Source: Octopus vulgaris (taxonomy: Eukaryota). From it: a stretch of 64,000 nucleotides of DNA. Under the pieces are notes generated by a model. The model did not search any database. It saw nothing but the letters and a program-made list of their open reading frames with translations, and was not told where the DNA came from. Of this stretch, positions 40,496 through 58,803 are shown in pieces. Within the stretch, counting starts at the first letter, position 1. Each line of letters opens with the position of its first letter. The position numbers and the translations under genes were made by a program. The stretch spans positions 95,046,001-95,110,000 of the forward strand of contig OX597815.1 of NCBI GenBank assembly GCA_951406725.2, read 5' to 3'.

Positions 40496-41668
40496 TCAGT
40501 AAAAGGAAATTACTATGTAATTGACCGTTATTAAGACGAAAGAGGTATCAGAATGGCCGTTAAATAAGGGGAGAAAAACGAAGGGGAGGAAGTAATTATG
40601 CTCATAGCAATCGCGTATGCGCGCATGTACATACATACATACACATGTGCACACACACACCAACGTACATGAATATGCATATGCTCACTCACACTCGCAT
40701 GAAACACATAGATGCGCACCAACGCATATGTCAATAGATGCACATATATATGCAACAATGCATGTACACGTATACATATCCACACACACACGTGGACAAT
40801 TATATTCAAATACACGCACAATTATATTCAAATACACGTGTAAAAATACGCACATGCTATATATGCATATGCTCGCTCATACTCGCGTGAAACTCATGCA
40901 TGTACACCATATATACACGCAACCATACACATGTACATATATACAAACCCGCACACACGTACACAAACACACGATGTACACATATGCATATCTGCACACA
41001 CACGCGCGCACACCCACACCCACACGTGCACATACCTATGCGCGCACAATTATATTCAAATACACGTCTAAAATATGCAATGCTTATATATGCATATGCT
41101 CACTCATACACACGTGAAACACTCGCATGTACATCCACAAATATATGCAACCATACACATGTACATATACATGTACATATATACATGCACACATACATGC
41201 GCACCAAAAAGTTCATATACACGTCTATATACGCACATACAAAAGAAAAATGCAGGGTGAAAGGTAAAATACAGTAAAAATGTGTCAAAATATATGTGGG
41301 TTTCGTCACTGTCCACAATTATCTTTTGAAAAATTTATTATATAGATGTAATTTTTGACGCCGAATTTGCTTTTCATTCATTCCAGAAAAAGTTTGCAAA
41401 AATGATACAGGTGTACAAAGTATGCTAATCTTTTGAAATTTCAGCCACTCAGTAAACCGCGCGTTCGCTGCCTCTTCCATCATCATTGTGTGGGGAGGCA
41501 TCGGCATGTCATTATATTGCTAGAAATAATAGTCAAAGCATTAAAACATTTGCGAGCAAATTAAATATTTAAAAGCTACGAACCAACAGCATTTGCCAGG
41601 AATAACAGTCAAAACATTGTTTAAAACAGATATCTATTAGTTAAAAAAATTCAAGATCGAAAGTTTGC

Positions 41669-41739
<71 letters not shown>

Positions 41740-42905
41740 AGACAGACACACACAAACATTCACATACATCATTTTTACATTCACACACATATTTACACAG
41801 CGTTGAAACGTTCCCTCTGTCACTATGCCTTCACGCCTTCCTTATTCATCTATTGCTCATTCCTGTCTCATTCATGTGTTTTGACGGAGAAAAACACAAG
41901 AGTATTTTTATAGAAGATTATCTTACTCATATCTCCTTCCCCACCTTGTGCGCATGCACAGCATCTTTGGTTACTATGAAAATAGAGTTTTTCGTTTCGG
42001 TGATGTGTAAAATACTTCTGATTGGCGAAAATATTTAAATTTTGCAAATTTTAAAGGCTAATAACTTTATAATTATGGATTTATAGGAAAAATGAAGTTC
42101 ACAAAACGTAATCCATATACCAAATTTGAAAACCAATGGAGCAAAATTGTAAACAGTGACGAAAACAACAAATATCTCGCAGCACTAATTTCGAAGTAAT
42201 GATATAATAGAAGATTAATTAGTTAATTAACCAAAATGTATTATAGTCATATTCAATTATCTCAATGCCTAGAACTTACTACGCACAAAACGTATATGCA
42301 GAGATAATGTTCACGCATTTATACTGATTCCGACTTAGCCTACTGCCTTAACGAGTATACAAGTTATCTACACTATATATTTACATAATTTCCAATAGAG
42401 ACAATGAGCTAAAAGGATATGGATAAATAAACAAATAAATAATAATTTAATAAAGTAGGCTAAAATAAAATAAGGTGGAATTAAGTACAGAGAATAAACT
42501 GGAACTTATTTTATAAGTCCCAACATGATGAAAATCAAAGTCGGCCACGGTTGAGTTTGATATCACAGTGTAAAGATGGATGAAATGCCACTCAGTATTT
42601 AGCCCAGCGTGCTAACTATTCTGGGATTAGATAAACAAAGTACAGTAAAATATGGTAGAAAGCTGTAGAAATTTGGAGAAAATTAAGGTATATCGGAATC
42701 AGCGAGGCTACATATTCATAAGGTTTCCAGTTATAGTCATGCTAATCAAGTATTTAGAAGCTGCTACGGTACAAATGCAGGCAATTTATTATTACGCCAC
42801 ATACACACATGCGCACACGCCACCCCACACGTACGCACATGCACACTGACACACACACAAACACACGCAAAAGCATAAAAAAACACACACACACGAATGT
42901 GTGAG

Positions 42906-43104
42906 TCTCTTTTACTCTTATTTGTTTCAGTCATTTGACTGCGGCCAAGCTGGAGCACCGCCTTTAGTCGAACAAATCGACCCCAGGACTTATTTTTTGT
43001 AAGCATAGTACTTATTCCATCGGTTTCTTTTGCCGAATCGGTTATCAAGCGATGGTGAGGGGGGGAACAAACACAAACACACAAACATACACACACGCAC
43101 ACAT

Positions 43105-43135
<31 letters not shown>

Positions 43136-43287
43136 AGACGGGCTTCTTTCAGTTTCCACCTACCAAATCCACAAGGGTTTGGTGGGCTCCAGTCTATAGT
43201 AGAAGACACTTGCTCAAGGTGCCACGCAGTGGGACTGAACCCAGAATCATTTGGTTGGTAAACTAGCTACTTACCAAACAGCCACTC
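42906..43287 (-). mobile_element. SINE family A, near full length
   Basis: Reverse-complement match to 49580-49995. Confidence 0.85.
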
Positions 43288-44039
43288 ATCCCAGGGAGAA
43301 CAGAACAGATTCGCTGAATTTATATCATAAATTCTTAAAGCTGAGTAGCTTTACAACTTGGAGGAAACATTTGTTGTAGAAACAATCTTTTTGTTAAAAC
43401 GTTAGTTAAAGAGATACAAGAAAAACAGTTGCCTGCAGGAATCAGATCTGCAACTTATGCAGACTCCAGGAATTCCAACAGAATCTGAGTTATAAGAAAT
43501 GATGATAATAAAGAATCCTCTATTTATTCGGTAAGTCACACATTAAAGAGAAGCTATAGATTGTGTATAAAAATACCGAAATACACCATTTTTCGCATTG
43601 TATAATCTAAATCATGATAGTACATTTCTGAATAGCAATATTTTGATTCTAATTTAAGGCAATTATCTATAAATCTAACAAACAAACAAACAAAAATAGA
43701 ATGTGTTATATTATTTATCAATGACAAAGAAATTTCATTTACGAAAATGATATTAGCATTTTACAAATGTCAAGTTTCACTTGAAGAGGATGTCACGTGG
43801 TTACTTTTACGTTTCATTTTATATAATTCTCCTTTAATCGGATGAAGCCAATGAATTATGAAATTTAGTCTAATCAACCGTTATTAAGAATATAAGGTAC
43901 TTCAAATGCTAACTCTTGACAGTATAAAATTCGTAATTCTCTCTAGTCATGTGAAAATAGAGAAATTATTGAATATTTCGTTCAAAGATACAATTAAACT
44001 TTGATGAAAGGATATTAAAATAAAATACACACATACATA

Positions 44040-44144
<105 letters not shown>

Positions 44145-45084
44145 CCTCACTCTCTCTGTATCGTAATCAATAACTTACAGGTTAAATCATGCTGAAAATT
44201 ACGAAAAAAAAACAGCTTGAAATAATTCTATTCATGATTATTCCCAATTAGGAATTATTAATTACGTAATTGGTAAAAAAAATACAGACTGATTTAATAC
44301 CTGGGTTAGAAAAATATACACTGGGATCGGTTTTTTCGACTCAACCATGCAAAGCAGTGCTCCAGCATCGCCGCTGTCTAATGACTGAAACAAGTGAAAG
44401 ATAAAAGATAGAGGCACTATATATGTGAACTCTTCTTTGCATCTCCACATCTAATTCTTTATTATCCACAAAGGGCTACACAAAGAATGGGACGAATACA
44501 AAACTTGACAAACATAAACTCGGGGAACTTAAAATTACAAAAAGATGAAATAAGAAGAAAAAAATAAAAGAAACGGCTGTAAAGCAAGAGAACGCCAACA
44601 CATTTGTATACACAAACATACACAGAATTTAGGTTAAAATATGTAGGTGACATTTTAACTGCTAAAGTGCACATACACAACATTTGCCGTGGAGAATATA
44701 ACTCTCTTATAGTAAAAAGGCGTGAAAAGACCCTGTTCGTTTGGTTTCGCAATCTACTAGGAATCCCAGACTACGATGTTTCAGGTTTCTTGGCTCGTGT
44801 GCGTGTGTGTGTGTGTGTGTTGATGAGTGTGAATGTGTGTTTGTGAATGTGAGTGTTTGTGTGTTTGTGTGTGTGTGTAAAGAAAATGTAGTCGCTTCAG
44901 TAGCATACGTAGGATGGGAAACATTTATTTGGATTCTTGATATATAGAGCATTCTATCTCAAGGCATTGTAATCATAAAATGACAGTATAGTACAAGGGA
45001 AGCAGTTAGAGCCTGTACATGCACTACCAAATGAATCGATTATATAATCGCTATGGTGTTTCTGAAAATACAGCAACAGGGATC

Positions 45085-47500
<2,416 letters not shown>

Positions 47501-47502
47501 CA

Positions 47503-47549
<47 letters not shown>

Positions 47550-48456
47550 TTAGCTAGCTACATAAACACACACACACGCACACAGATCTACGCACGCGCA
47601 CACACACAGACTCGCACGTACACACACACACGCACACACACACACACATGTACAAGCGTCAAGCACACACATATAGGTTAATAAAGACCTGTTTCCATTC
47701 AAGAGAACTTATCACAGATACCCCTCATAATCTGTCGAGATCGAGGAGGACAATATTATAGTGAGCAAATATTTGTGCTATTCATTAGCTCGACATCACC
47801 TGAAGACAGTGTGCCACACGTCAGATGTCGAAGTAATCATAGTGCAACGTGGATGAAGTATTTTATTCCGGAATATATAAAGCCTGGTCCGGGAAGTGAA
47901 ATCACAATTTCCTTATCGTGAATGCAACACCCCTATCTACTAAGCCACGAGCCCTCACTGAGTCACTAAGCAAAATATAAATCACTGTAAATGCGTAACA
48001 AAAATGTATAGATAATCATTAATCACTCTGACTTACTTTAGAAGTCTTCATTTCAGAAATAAAACCGGAAGATAGTACAGCCGATGCGCCATAACAGAAA
48101 AATATGTATGCTGCTACTTCACTTTTTGATGCGTAACGAATAGAACCATCTATTTTCTTAGCCTGTTTCTAAAAGGCCGGTGAGATACATACATTTAGTC
48201 ACAAGCAACTGATATAAAACTGCACTACGTTATTAATTGACGTATGTATGTGTGTATAGATGAACATAGTTGCACAGACACAGACACAGACACACAGACA
48301 CACACACCCACACACGCACGCACAAACAGACACTACACAGACGCACACACACACATATATATACATATATATATATATATATACAGACATAGATACATGC
48401 ATACATACGTACATATATATGTCTGTATAAAGTGATTAATACATACATACATGCAT

Positions 48457-48511
<55 letters not shown>

Positions 48512-48919
48512 CATGAATACAAGCATACATACATGTACTTATGTATACATACATAAATATATACATATATCGCTTCTCTATATGCTTAATTTGACTTTTC
48601 AAGTAACAACGATTGCTGAAAAAGGAAGGTAATTTTGCCGATAAAATACGCACACAGTTTTAGTTTCAGTTGTTTTCATTATCATCCGTCTATTAGTTAA
48701 CTAATTAACTAATTAATTAATCACTTGTCTGATCAATCGTTTGATCATGCAAGCTGTTGGCTTGTCAGAATTCTTTTAATTCTTTTGTTGATCTTTAAGA
48801 TCTTATTAATCTCGTGCCCTCGTCTCTGGCACCAGCAGATTGCTTTGCCGTCTCCCTCAGTGTTTATAGCTTCTGAAGTGTTTGTGTGTGTGCGCGCGTA
48901 TTGTGTGTGTGTGTATGTA

Positions 48920-48956
<37 letters not shown>

Positions 48957-49579
48957 GGGAGGCTTTGTACTTTTCACTGCAGGGCACACGTACCTGTAAA
49001 CACTGATGCGCGTGTTTTTTGGTAAGTGTATCTGCACGCGTATATGTCTGTGCTCGTATGTCAGATCGAGTCAGCGGTTATTTAAAATCAGTTTTCTCTT
49101 TACCCACTTTTACCGACCCGGGCCGAAAATCTTCATTGTAATTTGTGTCACTACTTTCTGTAACTTTATCCTGAGAGAGGCATTATCTCCCTAGGCGAGC
49201 TGAACTTGCTAAGCGCTTCTGTAACAGACCAGTAGATCAGTCTAAATAAATCACGGTGCTCTACGTTTCATTGAATATTTCCCCGATTGTTGCTTGCCAG
49301 TGGATATGAATATATATGTATTGTCTTCTATTTTTCAATTATTTGAAATCTCACTGTAAGGAAGGATACCAAATTTCATCATTGGAAGGTATACAACAGA
49401 AATTCACATTTTCAATTTGAGGACAGTCTTGCATAATTTTACTCTTCCGCTTACAGTTTATATCTGTAATGTTCGAGATAGCTGGTTGATTTCTTTTTAG
49501 GAATAACGCCAACATATTAAAATTGTCACTTAACAATTTACTCTGCAAAATCAAATGCATATACTATTATTTATATATA

Positions 49580-49993
49580 GGCACAGGAGTGGCTGTGTGG
49601 TAAGTAGCTTGCTTACCAACCACATGGTTCCGGGTTCAGTCCCACTGCGTGGCATGTTGGGCAAGTGTCTTCTGCTATAGCCTCGGCCGGCCAATGCATT
49701 GTGAGTGGATTTGGTACACGGAAACTGAAAGAAGCCTTTCGGATATATGTATATATATATGTATGTGTGTGTATGTTTGTGTGTCTGTGTTTGTCCCCCT
49801 AGCATTGCTTGACAACCGATGCTGGTGTGTTTATGTCCCCGTTACTTAGCGGTTCGGCAAAAAGGGATCGATAGAATAAGTACTGGGCTTACAAAGAATA
49901 AGTCCCGGGGTCGAGTTGCTCGATTAAAGGCGGTGCTCCAGCATGTCCGCAGTCAAATGACTAAAACAAGTAAAAGAGTAAAAGAGTAAAAGA

Positions 49994-49995
<2 letters not shown>
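49580..49995 (+). mobile_element. SINE family A, full length (tRNA head, CORE-like TTGGGCAAGT, internal TA/TG tract, CR1-like tail)
   Basis: A box TGGCTGTGTGG, B box GGTTCAGTCCC, 3' stem-loop AGTC-AAAT-GACT and a (TAAAAGAG)3 tail. Confidence 0.88.
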
Positions 49996-50042
<47 letters not shown>

Positions 50043-52359
50043 TATATAATCTGTATGCAGAGCCAGGAGGTTACGAATCAGTTGTCCGTAGTTATGCTCT
50101 TGCCCTTCGGTTTTTGGAAGAGACATTCACATCAGTGGGGCAGTTAACTTCTATGAGGTTACTTATATTTTCTTGTCTGCTCCAAACAACAATATTGTTG
50201 TTTGAACGTAGAAGTTTCACCAACATACCTTGTGTTGGTGCAATAACAAAGCCGTTATCTATATTTATCTCACGTCATATGCATATATGTAGGTATGTAT
50301 TCAGGTAGGTATGTACGTAAGTAGGTGTATATATGTATGTGCATGTATATTTATTACGTGCATATGTATGTGTGTATATGTGCATGTTTGCATGTGCGTG
50401 CGTATGTGTGTGTGTTTGTGTGCGCGTGTGAGCGCGCGCGCGCGTGCGTGTATGTGTGTATGTGTGTGTAATGAAAGCAAATGTTGTTTCTAGTAAACGA
50501 GATGAATTATGAATTGAAAACATTTGCACCATACAAATTGTTCAGCGGCAGCCTATATTAATATTGGTGTAAGGTAAAAAAACAAAATAGTTGGAATTTT
50601 ATCTGCACTCTGTCTATATTTATTTGCCATGTTTTATGAAGAATTGTTTTATTTGATGAAAAAGGCTGACAAAAATAAACTGAATATTTCGAATCATATA
50701 ATAGTATAGTGTGAGCAGATCGAATATGAAAACGGATAAATAATGGATTTCATTTTCTCATAGCTAACAATAGAAAGACAGAAAGAAGTATTGCATTCGT
50801 TTATCTTATGAATGTAGATCAAATTTTCCAGCAATGTGAATAATGTGCTTTTGGCCGACATTTTCCGTATTGATGCATTTTTATCTTTGATAGTTTTTCT
50901 TCCATGACGTTGAAGATGTCAATGGTAATTCTGACAATAATATATATAAACAATGAAATTTATTACAACATCATTCTAACAATTCATTTCTCTCTATTCT
51001 GCAACAGACACACGAGGGAAACAGTAAAGCATGGCAAATACGACATTAGTATTATTGACACTCAGACACACATACAAATATAAACACACATACACACAGA
51101 CACACAGACACACACACACACAGACACACACACGTATGTGTATGCATATATGTGTGTGTTCTTGCACAATCGCTTACATGCATATATATAAAGCTTTGCC
51201 ATATGTCATATATAAGCATGGCATTGTGACTTGTACCATGCTTCCGCTAAATGATTTAAATACTCATGCGGTCGCGAGCAGAAATAGACACATTCTCAGG
51301 ACCACCACCCTCTACCCAACGGGATATTGGAGATGTGAAGACAGAGGGTAGAGAGAACTCTGCTGCCACTCGGCAGGTACACGTTCACACCTGTGTATAT
51401 TAGAGCAACACGAAATGATATGTTTTACTTCAGGACACAATCGACTACCCAGTCCAGTAATTCAGCATATGACCTCATAATCATGTGTCTGAGACCCTAA
51501 TCCCCAGGTCATGCGACTATATATTTGCATATAACAAATAGATAGATACAAATATTCCTGTTATCGATATTTACACCTATGAATGAAAAATTCCATCCCC
51601 ATGTCTGCAAATGTTGGAACTCGTACATAACGTTTCTATGCGTTTCATGATATTGGTTTGAAAGTTTCAGAAGATGCCAATTTCTCTCTAATCAGAATTG
51701 ATGGCAGCATTGACTATCTGAGCCAGTACCTTTTCACAGGCACTCACAATTTATTCAGAGATATTCTTTTCCTAATCTTGATATTAAGTCCATACTGCTA
51801 TCTCAGTTTGGACATCGGTGTAGCTATATGTGCACTAGTAATTCTTTCTCTTATATAAATATATTTTTATAAAAGCTAAACGATGTCTTACATCCAGTTG
51901 GTTTACAAAAGAAATAAAGAATATTGTATGAGTAGACACACACACACACTCACACACTCACATATATGTTTAGGGAAATATTTATACCTGTAAGCTAATG
52001 CAGTTCGTTACAGAATATAATTTGTAACTCATGCACAATTCATGCACAATTAAGACAATTCATGCACAATTAAGACAGAATGCATAGATAGCCGTGAGAA
52101 GGAAATGATGGACGCATTCTCGGAAATAACTGCTATATCCGAGATTGGTGGGCTAACTGGAGAGAAAATAAAATGGGAGAGGTTAATATAAAGGAAAAGA
52201 AAAAGGATGACAAGAAGTGAGAAAAGAACGCATAGGGTCAGGGAAGACGAAATATAAAGGAATAATAGAAATGAAAATGCAACATCTGCTCAAGTATCTT
52301 TTATGTTTGCATTAAAACATTAATTATGTAAAATCAAATTATATTTCTGTGTGTGTATT

Positions 52360-52396
<37 letters not shown>

Positions 52397-52474
52397 ATAC
52401 ATATATACTTACATATAACAAACACACATACACACACACACACAGACACACACACACAGACACACACACACGCA

Positions 52475-52559
<85 letters not shown>

Positions 52560-54047
52560 TCAAAACTGTTTGATTCAGACTCCTCAGTGCTTTGAGTTTC
52601 AAGCGTGTGGCTAGTCTGAGGCCATTGGGTTCTGAATTAGAGTTCGATTAAAGAGAGTCAATGTTTGTTACTAAACGATTGGTCGATAAAGGTCATGCGG
52701 TACAGCACGTTGATGATGGTATTTCAGCGACAACAATACCGCATGGTGAAATTGACTACGTGGTGAACAGGGAATCGACCGCGTGGTGAACAAGAAATCG
52801 GTCGAGTGGTTAGAGGGAAGTAGAAAGGGGCGGTTGATATGGGTGGGGGGTATGTATCTATATATGTACATGCTTTTAAGGATGTATTTGCGTACACGCA
52901 CCTGTACTTATACGTGTGTGTAAGTGTGCTTATATGTACACACCCAACCGCACGCGCGTGCAAACACACGCACATTCATACACATACGAAACACATACGC
53001 ACACACACAAAGCACACATATACACACATGCACACCCTCACGGCCACACGCGCATGCACATCTTTTAGCACACACATACACACACATACACAAATATGTG
53101 TATAATAAAATGATAATATATATGATAATAAAATGAACTCATGTCAACCTCAGTTTTTAAGGTCCTCCAATCCTATTACCCATAAGTTCTTGACATGTGC
53201 ATTTCCGTAAGAATCTACTCCGACAAACCTGAAGTAATCATGTATGTAATGAAAATCGCGTTCTCAATGAAAAATATTGACCGTGAATGTAAATAATATA
53301 TAGTAACGATGGAGAGCAAATTGAAACAGCAATACTTCAATCGCACTTCTTCATCGAGACAAACAAAACAGAAATGTACAAATAATTCTATTAAAACTGG
53401 CATTTGAGAGTAGATGCTATTGATTCTAACTTCAAATGGAAAATATTTCGGAGACATATTATATATATTTACAATATAACATTATTTATGTACCGTTGAG
53501 CAAAACCTCGTATGAGAATGAAAAATAATACTAACGTTTCACTAAACAGCTAAGTGTCTGAAGAAGAGACCAGAGATTTTGTCAAAGTTAAATTTTGTAT
53601 CAATAGCAGACAAAGTGACTTTTTTTTTTACTTCACATTAATTCCTTTATCAGTCAATAGCATTTTTGGTTTTTTCATACAACCGAAACGTTGGTTCTTA
53701 ATTCTAAGTTTTGATATGTCTGTACTGTACACGAAGTGTCATAACAGTTTTATTTCTGCTACAACCAAAGGGAAGTTACTCATTTGTTTACTAGCATACA
53801 TCCAACCGATACCAATTTAAGCTGTTTTATAATTGAGTAATTAATTCAGCAATCTTATGATTGTTTAAACAATTATTCAATTTGGCATGAAAGCAGAGAA
53901 ATACTGTGACACGCAACATCCTCGCCACTTCTTTGTTAACCACGAGGTTTCAATTCAATATTCGTTCATAATATCACTGCCACAGTAATTACCACTACCA
54001 ACACTTCTAGTTCTTAAACCTTAACAACAACAACAGCAAAAATAACG

Positions 54048-54063
54048 ACTACTACTACTACTG

Positions 54064-54094
<31 letters not shown>

Positions 54095-54151
54095 CACCAC
54101 CACTACCACCACCACCACTACCACCACCACCACTACCACCACCACCACTAC

Positions 54152-54200
<49 letters not shown>

Positions 54201-54266
54201 GCCGCCGCCGCCACCACCACCGACACCACCACCACCACCACCACCACCACCATTACTACTACTACT
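54048..54266. repeat. (TAC)n/(CAC)n compound trinucleotide repeat
   Basis: Seen directly. Confidence 0.95.
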
Positions 54267-57200
54267 GATGCTGCATACTGTGTTTATTACTTCTAAGTAG
54301 CCTATCATTTTATAGAAATGTGCTGTTGTAGTATTCCTTAGTAACGATTCCGAAACAACAATAAGACAGATGACATTGATGGTAGGTTTTCTGAGTTGGG
54401 CCAACTAATGTGTCTTAAAATTTATAACACTGAGTTGGATTTGTTGTGCAAAAGAAGAAAAGCATGGGATTTTCTGTTTGAAGATTTGGGTGTACTATGG
54501 TGTTCGTACTTCTGTAATATACTGGCGTTAAGTGAATTCTCTTGGCAAATATATAATTTTGTACCTCTTCCAAAAACTATACCCATATGATTACTGAAAC
54601 AAGAAAAACAAAATTTTTATCACACGACGGTACAGCCAGGAAACATTTGAATCTACTTCTTCCCACAGCATACACAAATAATTTCATATATTTCACAGAA
54701 AACTTTTGCCCGAAGTAGAGTATTAACAATAGTCTGTGTTTTTTCACTCCCATAGTAGTATTATATCATATTACTTAATTGTGTAATAATAAACTTAACA
54801 GAACCAACACTGTTATTATTAGTGTTGTACAAATATATAGAATCGAAGTTTGTAGTAGTTATCAAAATGCTTTTACAAAGTAAACACATTTTGTACCGTG
54901 AAAAAAAATGCCAAAAAACCCCCCAAAAAAACAAAAAAAACACACATTAATATCAAAACTATATAGCTAAGGAGCCGCCAAGAAATTGTTTGTAATGTTA
55001 TATAGAAAGAGGATTATGGAAATATTGCCTTAGGAACTGTACTCAGATTGTGCGAGATAATATTGTTATCGAAATAAATGTAACAGAAATTTGGAAGGAA
55101 TCAAAGCTTTTCTTGTGAAAAAAACAGTGAATGCTGAAACAGATGGCGGAACCAATTATCAAAACAAACGAGGACTGAGTGCCAAATTTTTTTATATTTT
55201 TGTTTTCTTTTACAACAATATAAACTTTTCTTTGTTCACCCCACCACAAACGTATTCTCACTCAGATGAAATACATTAAAAGAAGAAAGATACAAAGATA
55301 TATAAATTTGAAAATAAAGAAACTATATGTGAATAAGATGAATCTGATGCTTTTCTCAGGTGAATATCTTGTTTAGTGATTTGAAGAATACAAAAGTAAA
55401 CATTGTTGGTAGTGCTCGTATTAATGACGGTGATGGTGAAGATAGTGATGGCGATTATGATAATGATGTTGAGGTTCAAGGTGTTGGAGATGAAGGAATT
55501 AATGGTAATAAAGAGGTTGATGATGATGGCGGTAAATGAAGTAAATGGAAAAAAGATGCCTGCTGATGATGAGATCAATACTTATATATAAAAAAGATGG
55601 TCATGTTGGATATAATGATGGTGTTGTTCTTATTTGTGATGAAGGCGGTGATGATTATTATGATGAGAAATACGATAGAAATGGTTACGACGTCGATGAT
55701 ATTCATGAGGATTCTGTTGGTTGTAGCTTTTGTAGTGTTTGTAGTAGTACCAGTAATAAAGTTTTATTCTTCCCTTTTTTCTTCCTAGTACGTGTAATGA
55801 TTTCAACAACAAAATAACAGATTTTTTCGGGGACAACTGGAGAGTTTATATCGCAAAATAATTATAAGATCCTTCATAAGAACTCTGATTTTAGAGTTGA
55901 GTAGCTATGTTTAGAAATTGCTTGACGCATTTTGTGAAGTAGATTGATGAATGCTTAGGTGTATGTTTTGTTAATAGTTGAATAAACGACATTTCAATTA
56001 TGTTTTTACTGTAATGGATTTGCATTATAATAAACCTCTTTATTACCATCATCAATCTCTTTATTACCATTCATTCCTTCATCTCCAGCCCCTAAACCCT
56101 CAACATCATTATCATAATCAAAATATTTATAAGCAGTGACGTAAGAGTAAATATCTTGAAGAGACTTAAAGAAAGCTTTTGTATACAAGGAAATGTAAAG
56201 GGAGAAAAATATAATAACATATCGACCCTACAATGAACGGGAAATTTGTTGGTAAATAATATAAGAGTAATTTAAACACATTATGGAGTGTGTCTATTGT
56301 AATAGTACAAGTTCTTAATTTTGTGCTGAATGTATAATTGTATAACTAAAGAAAGATATACAGATGTCTATAAAAACTTTGCGGGGGTAAAACATGGAGG
56401 ATTTCTCTGGGGCGTTTGTCTCCTCTTTATGACAATACATGACTGACTGTGAACATGACTGTCATTCCGTCTATAGGAAAATTGCATCTGTGAGCACTTG
56501 GGAAAACCGTAAAATTTGCCTCAATATCTCTTTATTAGAACCTATTACTTCATTAATGAGGCGCTGATCAGCATGGATTCGTTTAATTAAATAATTTAAA
56601 TAATTAAATAAATTTGTAAACACGAGAAATTCAAGGTGATATCGTTAATTTTCCAGCAATAGCTTCCTTGCAGCTTGATTTTGTACTTTAAGAATTTAGG
56701 TAGACATCAACAGAAATATGAAAATATGATTTCACATGGAATTAAAGACACACTAGGACTTTTATATAACTTTAACAAGAAAAATGATTCTTTTGGCTAG
56801 ACATATGATGAGGAGAAATAGGAGCATATTGAATACTTGATATATTAGTGATAGAAAGTTTATGAAACAGTGTAAATATATAATGTTATTACATCAAATT
56901 TGAACGCATGATGAGAAGTTTTCTGAGAGAATACGATAAGTGAAGTTAAACAGCTTTACTTACTCTACATAAGCCTGAAACTTGATATAGATAAAGCGTT
57001 TCTCCAAATTGCGTGACCTTGAGCGAATATTACAGTTAAATATTTTCTCACCAAACATATCCAGGATATCAATGATCGCCCACGGCGGTACAAAGATTAA
57101 TTCATCGATCTACCACATTTCAGAACAAATGCACATGTAAACTAAATCGATCTTCTTTCTAACCTGGCAAGCAGCATACCAACATAGGTGCTGAGTTCTG

Positions 57201-58751
57201 TCACTTGACCTTCTAGAAATGCCTTATCGGATATCCATCCATCCATCCATCCATCCATCAATCGATCGATCCATCCATCAATCCATCTAGCCAGTCAGCC
57301 AGCCAGCCATCACCGCTGCTATTCTTCTGACTCCTTAGGCACCTCCTCCATAGGGTCTTATCAGAAGTTATGATCATCAGTCGTTCTGGCTAGGTTCCGA
57401 AGCGTGACCAACTAAGACTATGATCATGTTCTACCCATTGGCTTCCTGAATGTTGGCTAGCTGTGTGCAATTCATTATTCTGACATCCTAATCTCATGTC
57501 CGTATTACCGGAGTTGTAGCCTCTCAATGCAGAGAAATAGAGGCTCAACCTGGAAAGATACCCTCATACCCCAGCTACGCACCCAGTCGCGTAACGTTAC
57601 TTCAGAAACGTTTCGAAGGAACTCCAATTAGGCCACTTGTAGTCGCTGTCTTTCTGTTTCGGTCCTTGCTTAATATTCATGGCGAAAGGTGAGGATAGAC
57701 AGAAAAGCCAAATTGAAGATAAAGGTTTGGCTTTTTTTTTCGCCAACTTTTTCTCTGCAGAGGATGAAATGCTGGATCTGGTGTATTACTGAGCTAAATT
57801 TCTCAAATCATTTATTTAGCATTTCAATAAGACGACGATATACTATATAATGTAGTTCTTCAAACCACTAGAAAGAACAGATAATGGTTGTTGGAAAAAA
57901 TTTGCTCAATCATAACAGAATTGAAACCAACCTAGAAATATTCAAGCAGAACAAGCACAGCATTTTCATTAGCAATTTCAAAGAGGTTGAAAAGGCCATG
58001 TCCCCCCAATGAAGTAACATCAGAGAGCTGGAGGAATACATTCATCCATAAGAAATCAATAATTCTGATGAAATAAATAAAATTGATATTGAGGCTATCG
58101 CAGTGCTGCCAAGCATTGTAGGTCACCCAATAACAGCCGTAATGTTTTCATATTAGCCACGTATTGCATGCCTCCTTATTAATTTTACAAAATTTTCTCA
58201 AGTTGGAATGCTAGCTATAACAGCTAAACAAACTTCACATGCACAAATATACACATACGCACACACATGAACGCGCACACATAGATCCTCTCTGTCACAC
58301 ACAGACACAATCATACCCACACACAAAATGCAACGATAATTTTACTGATCTAATCATTTGTAAATTTTCAACTTTGTCGATGGGCGCAATTATATTAATA
58401 AAATATAATTACACACTCATATTTGCACACAGATTTCTAATACAGTCTTTTATGTATCTTGTGCGGCTTATCTGCCACACAAATCAACCACAATAACGTC
58501 AGAGATATCAGATATTTCTACTTTAGAGTCTGAAGATTTCTGAACATAGAAAAAAAAATGGAATTGGAAAAATACATACATGGTAACTGTTAACTATTAC
58601 AAACACACACACTTATATATATATATATATGTATATATATTTACGTGCGTGTGTGTGTGCATATATCTATATATCTATCTATATATCTATCTATCTCTCT
58701 CTCTATATATATATATATACAAACTATACATACATATATTTGAATATGTAC

Positions 58752-58803
<52 letters not shown>

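Noticed and set aside
52740-52805. Short degenerate ~23-bp tandem units, and a small duplication at about 52029-52077
   Set aside because: Only two to three units with no spacers. These are local slippage, not a CRISPR-like array.
57380-57600. Possible very old RTE 3' coding remnant
   Set aside because: Motif similarity is too weak to support by eye.
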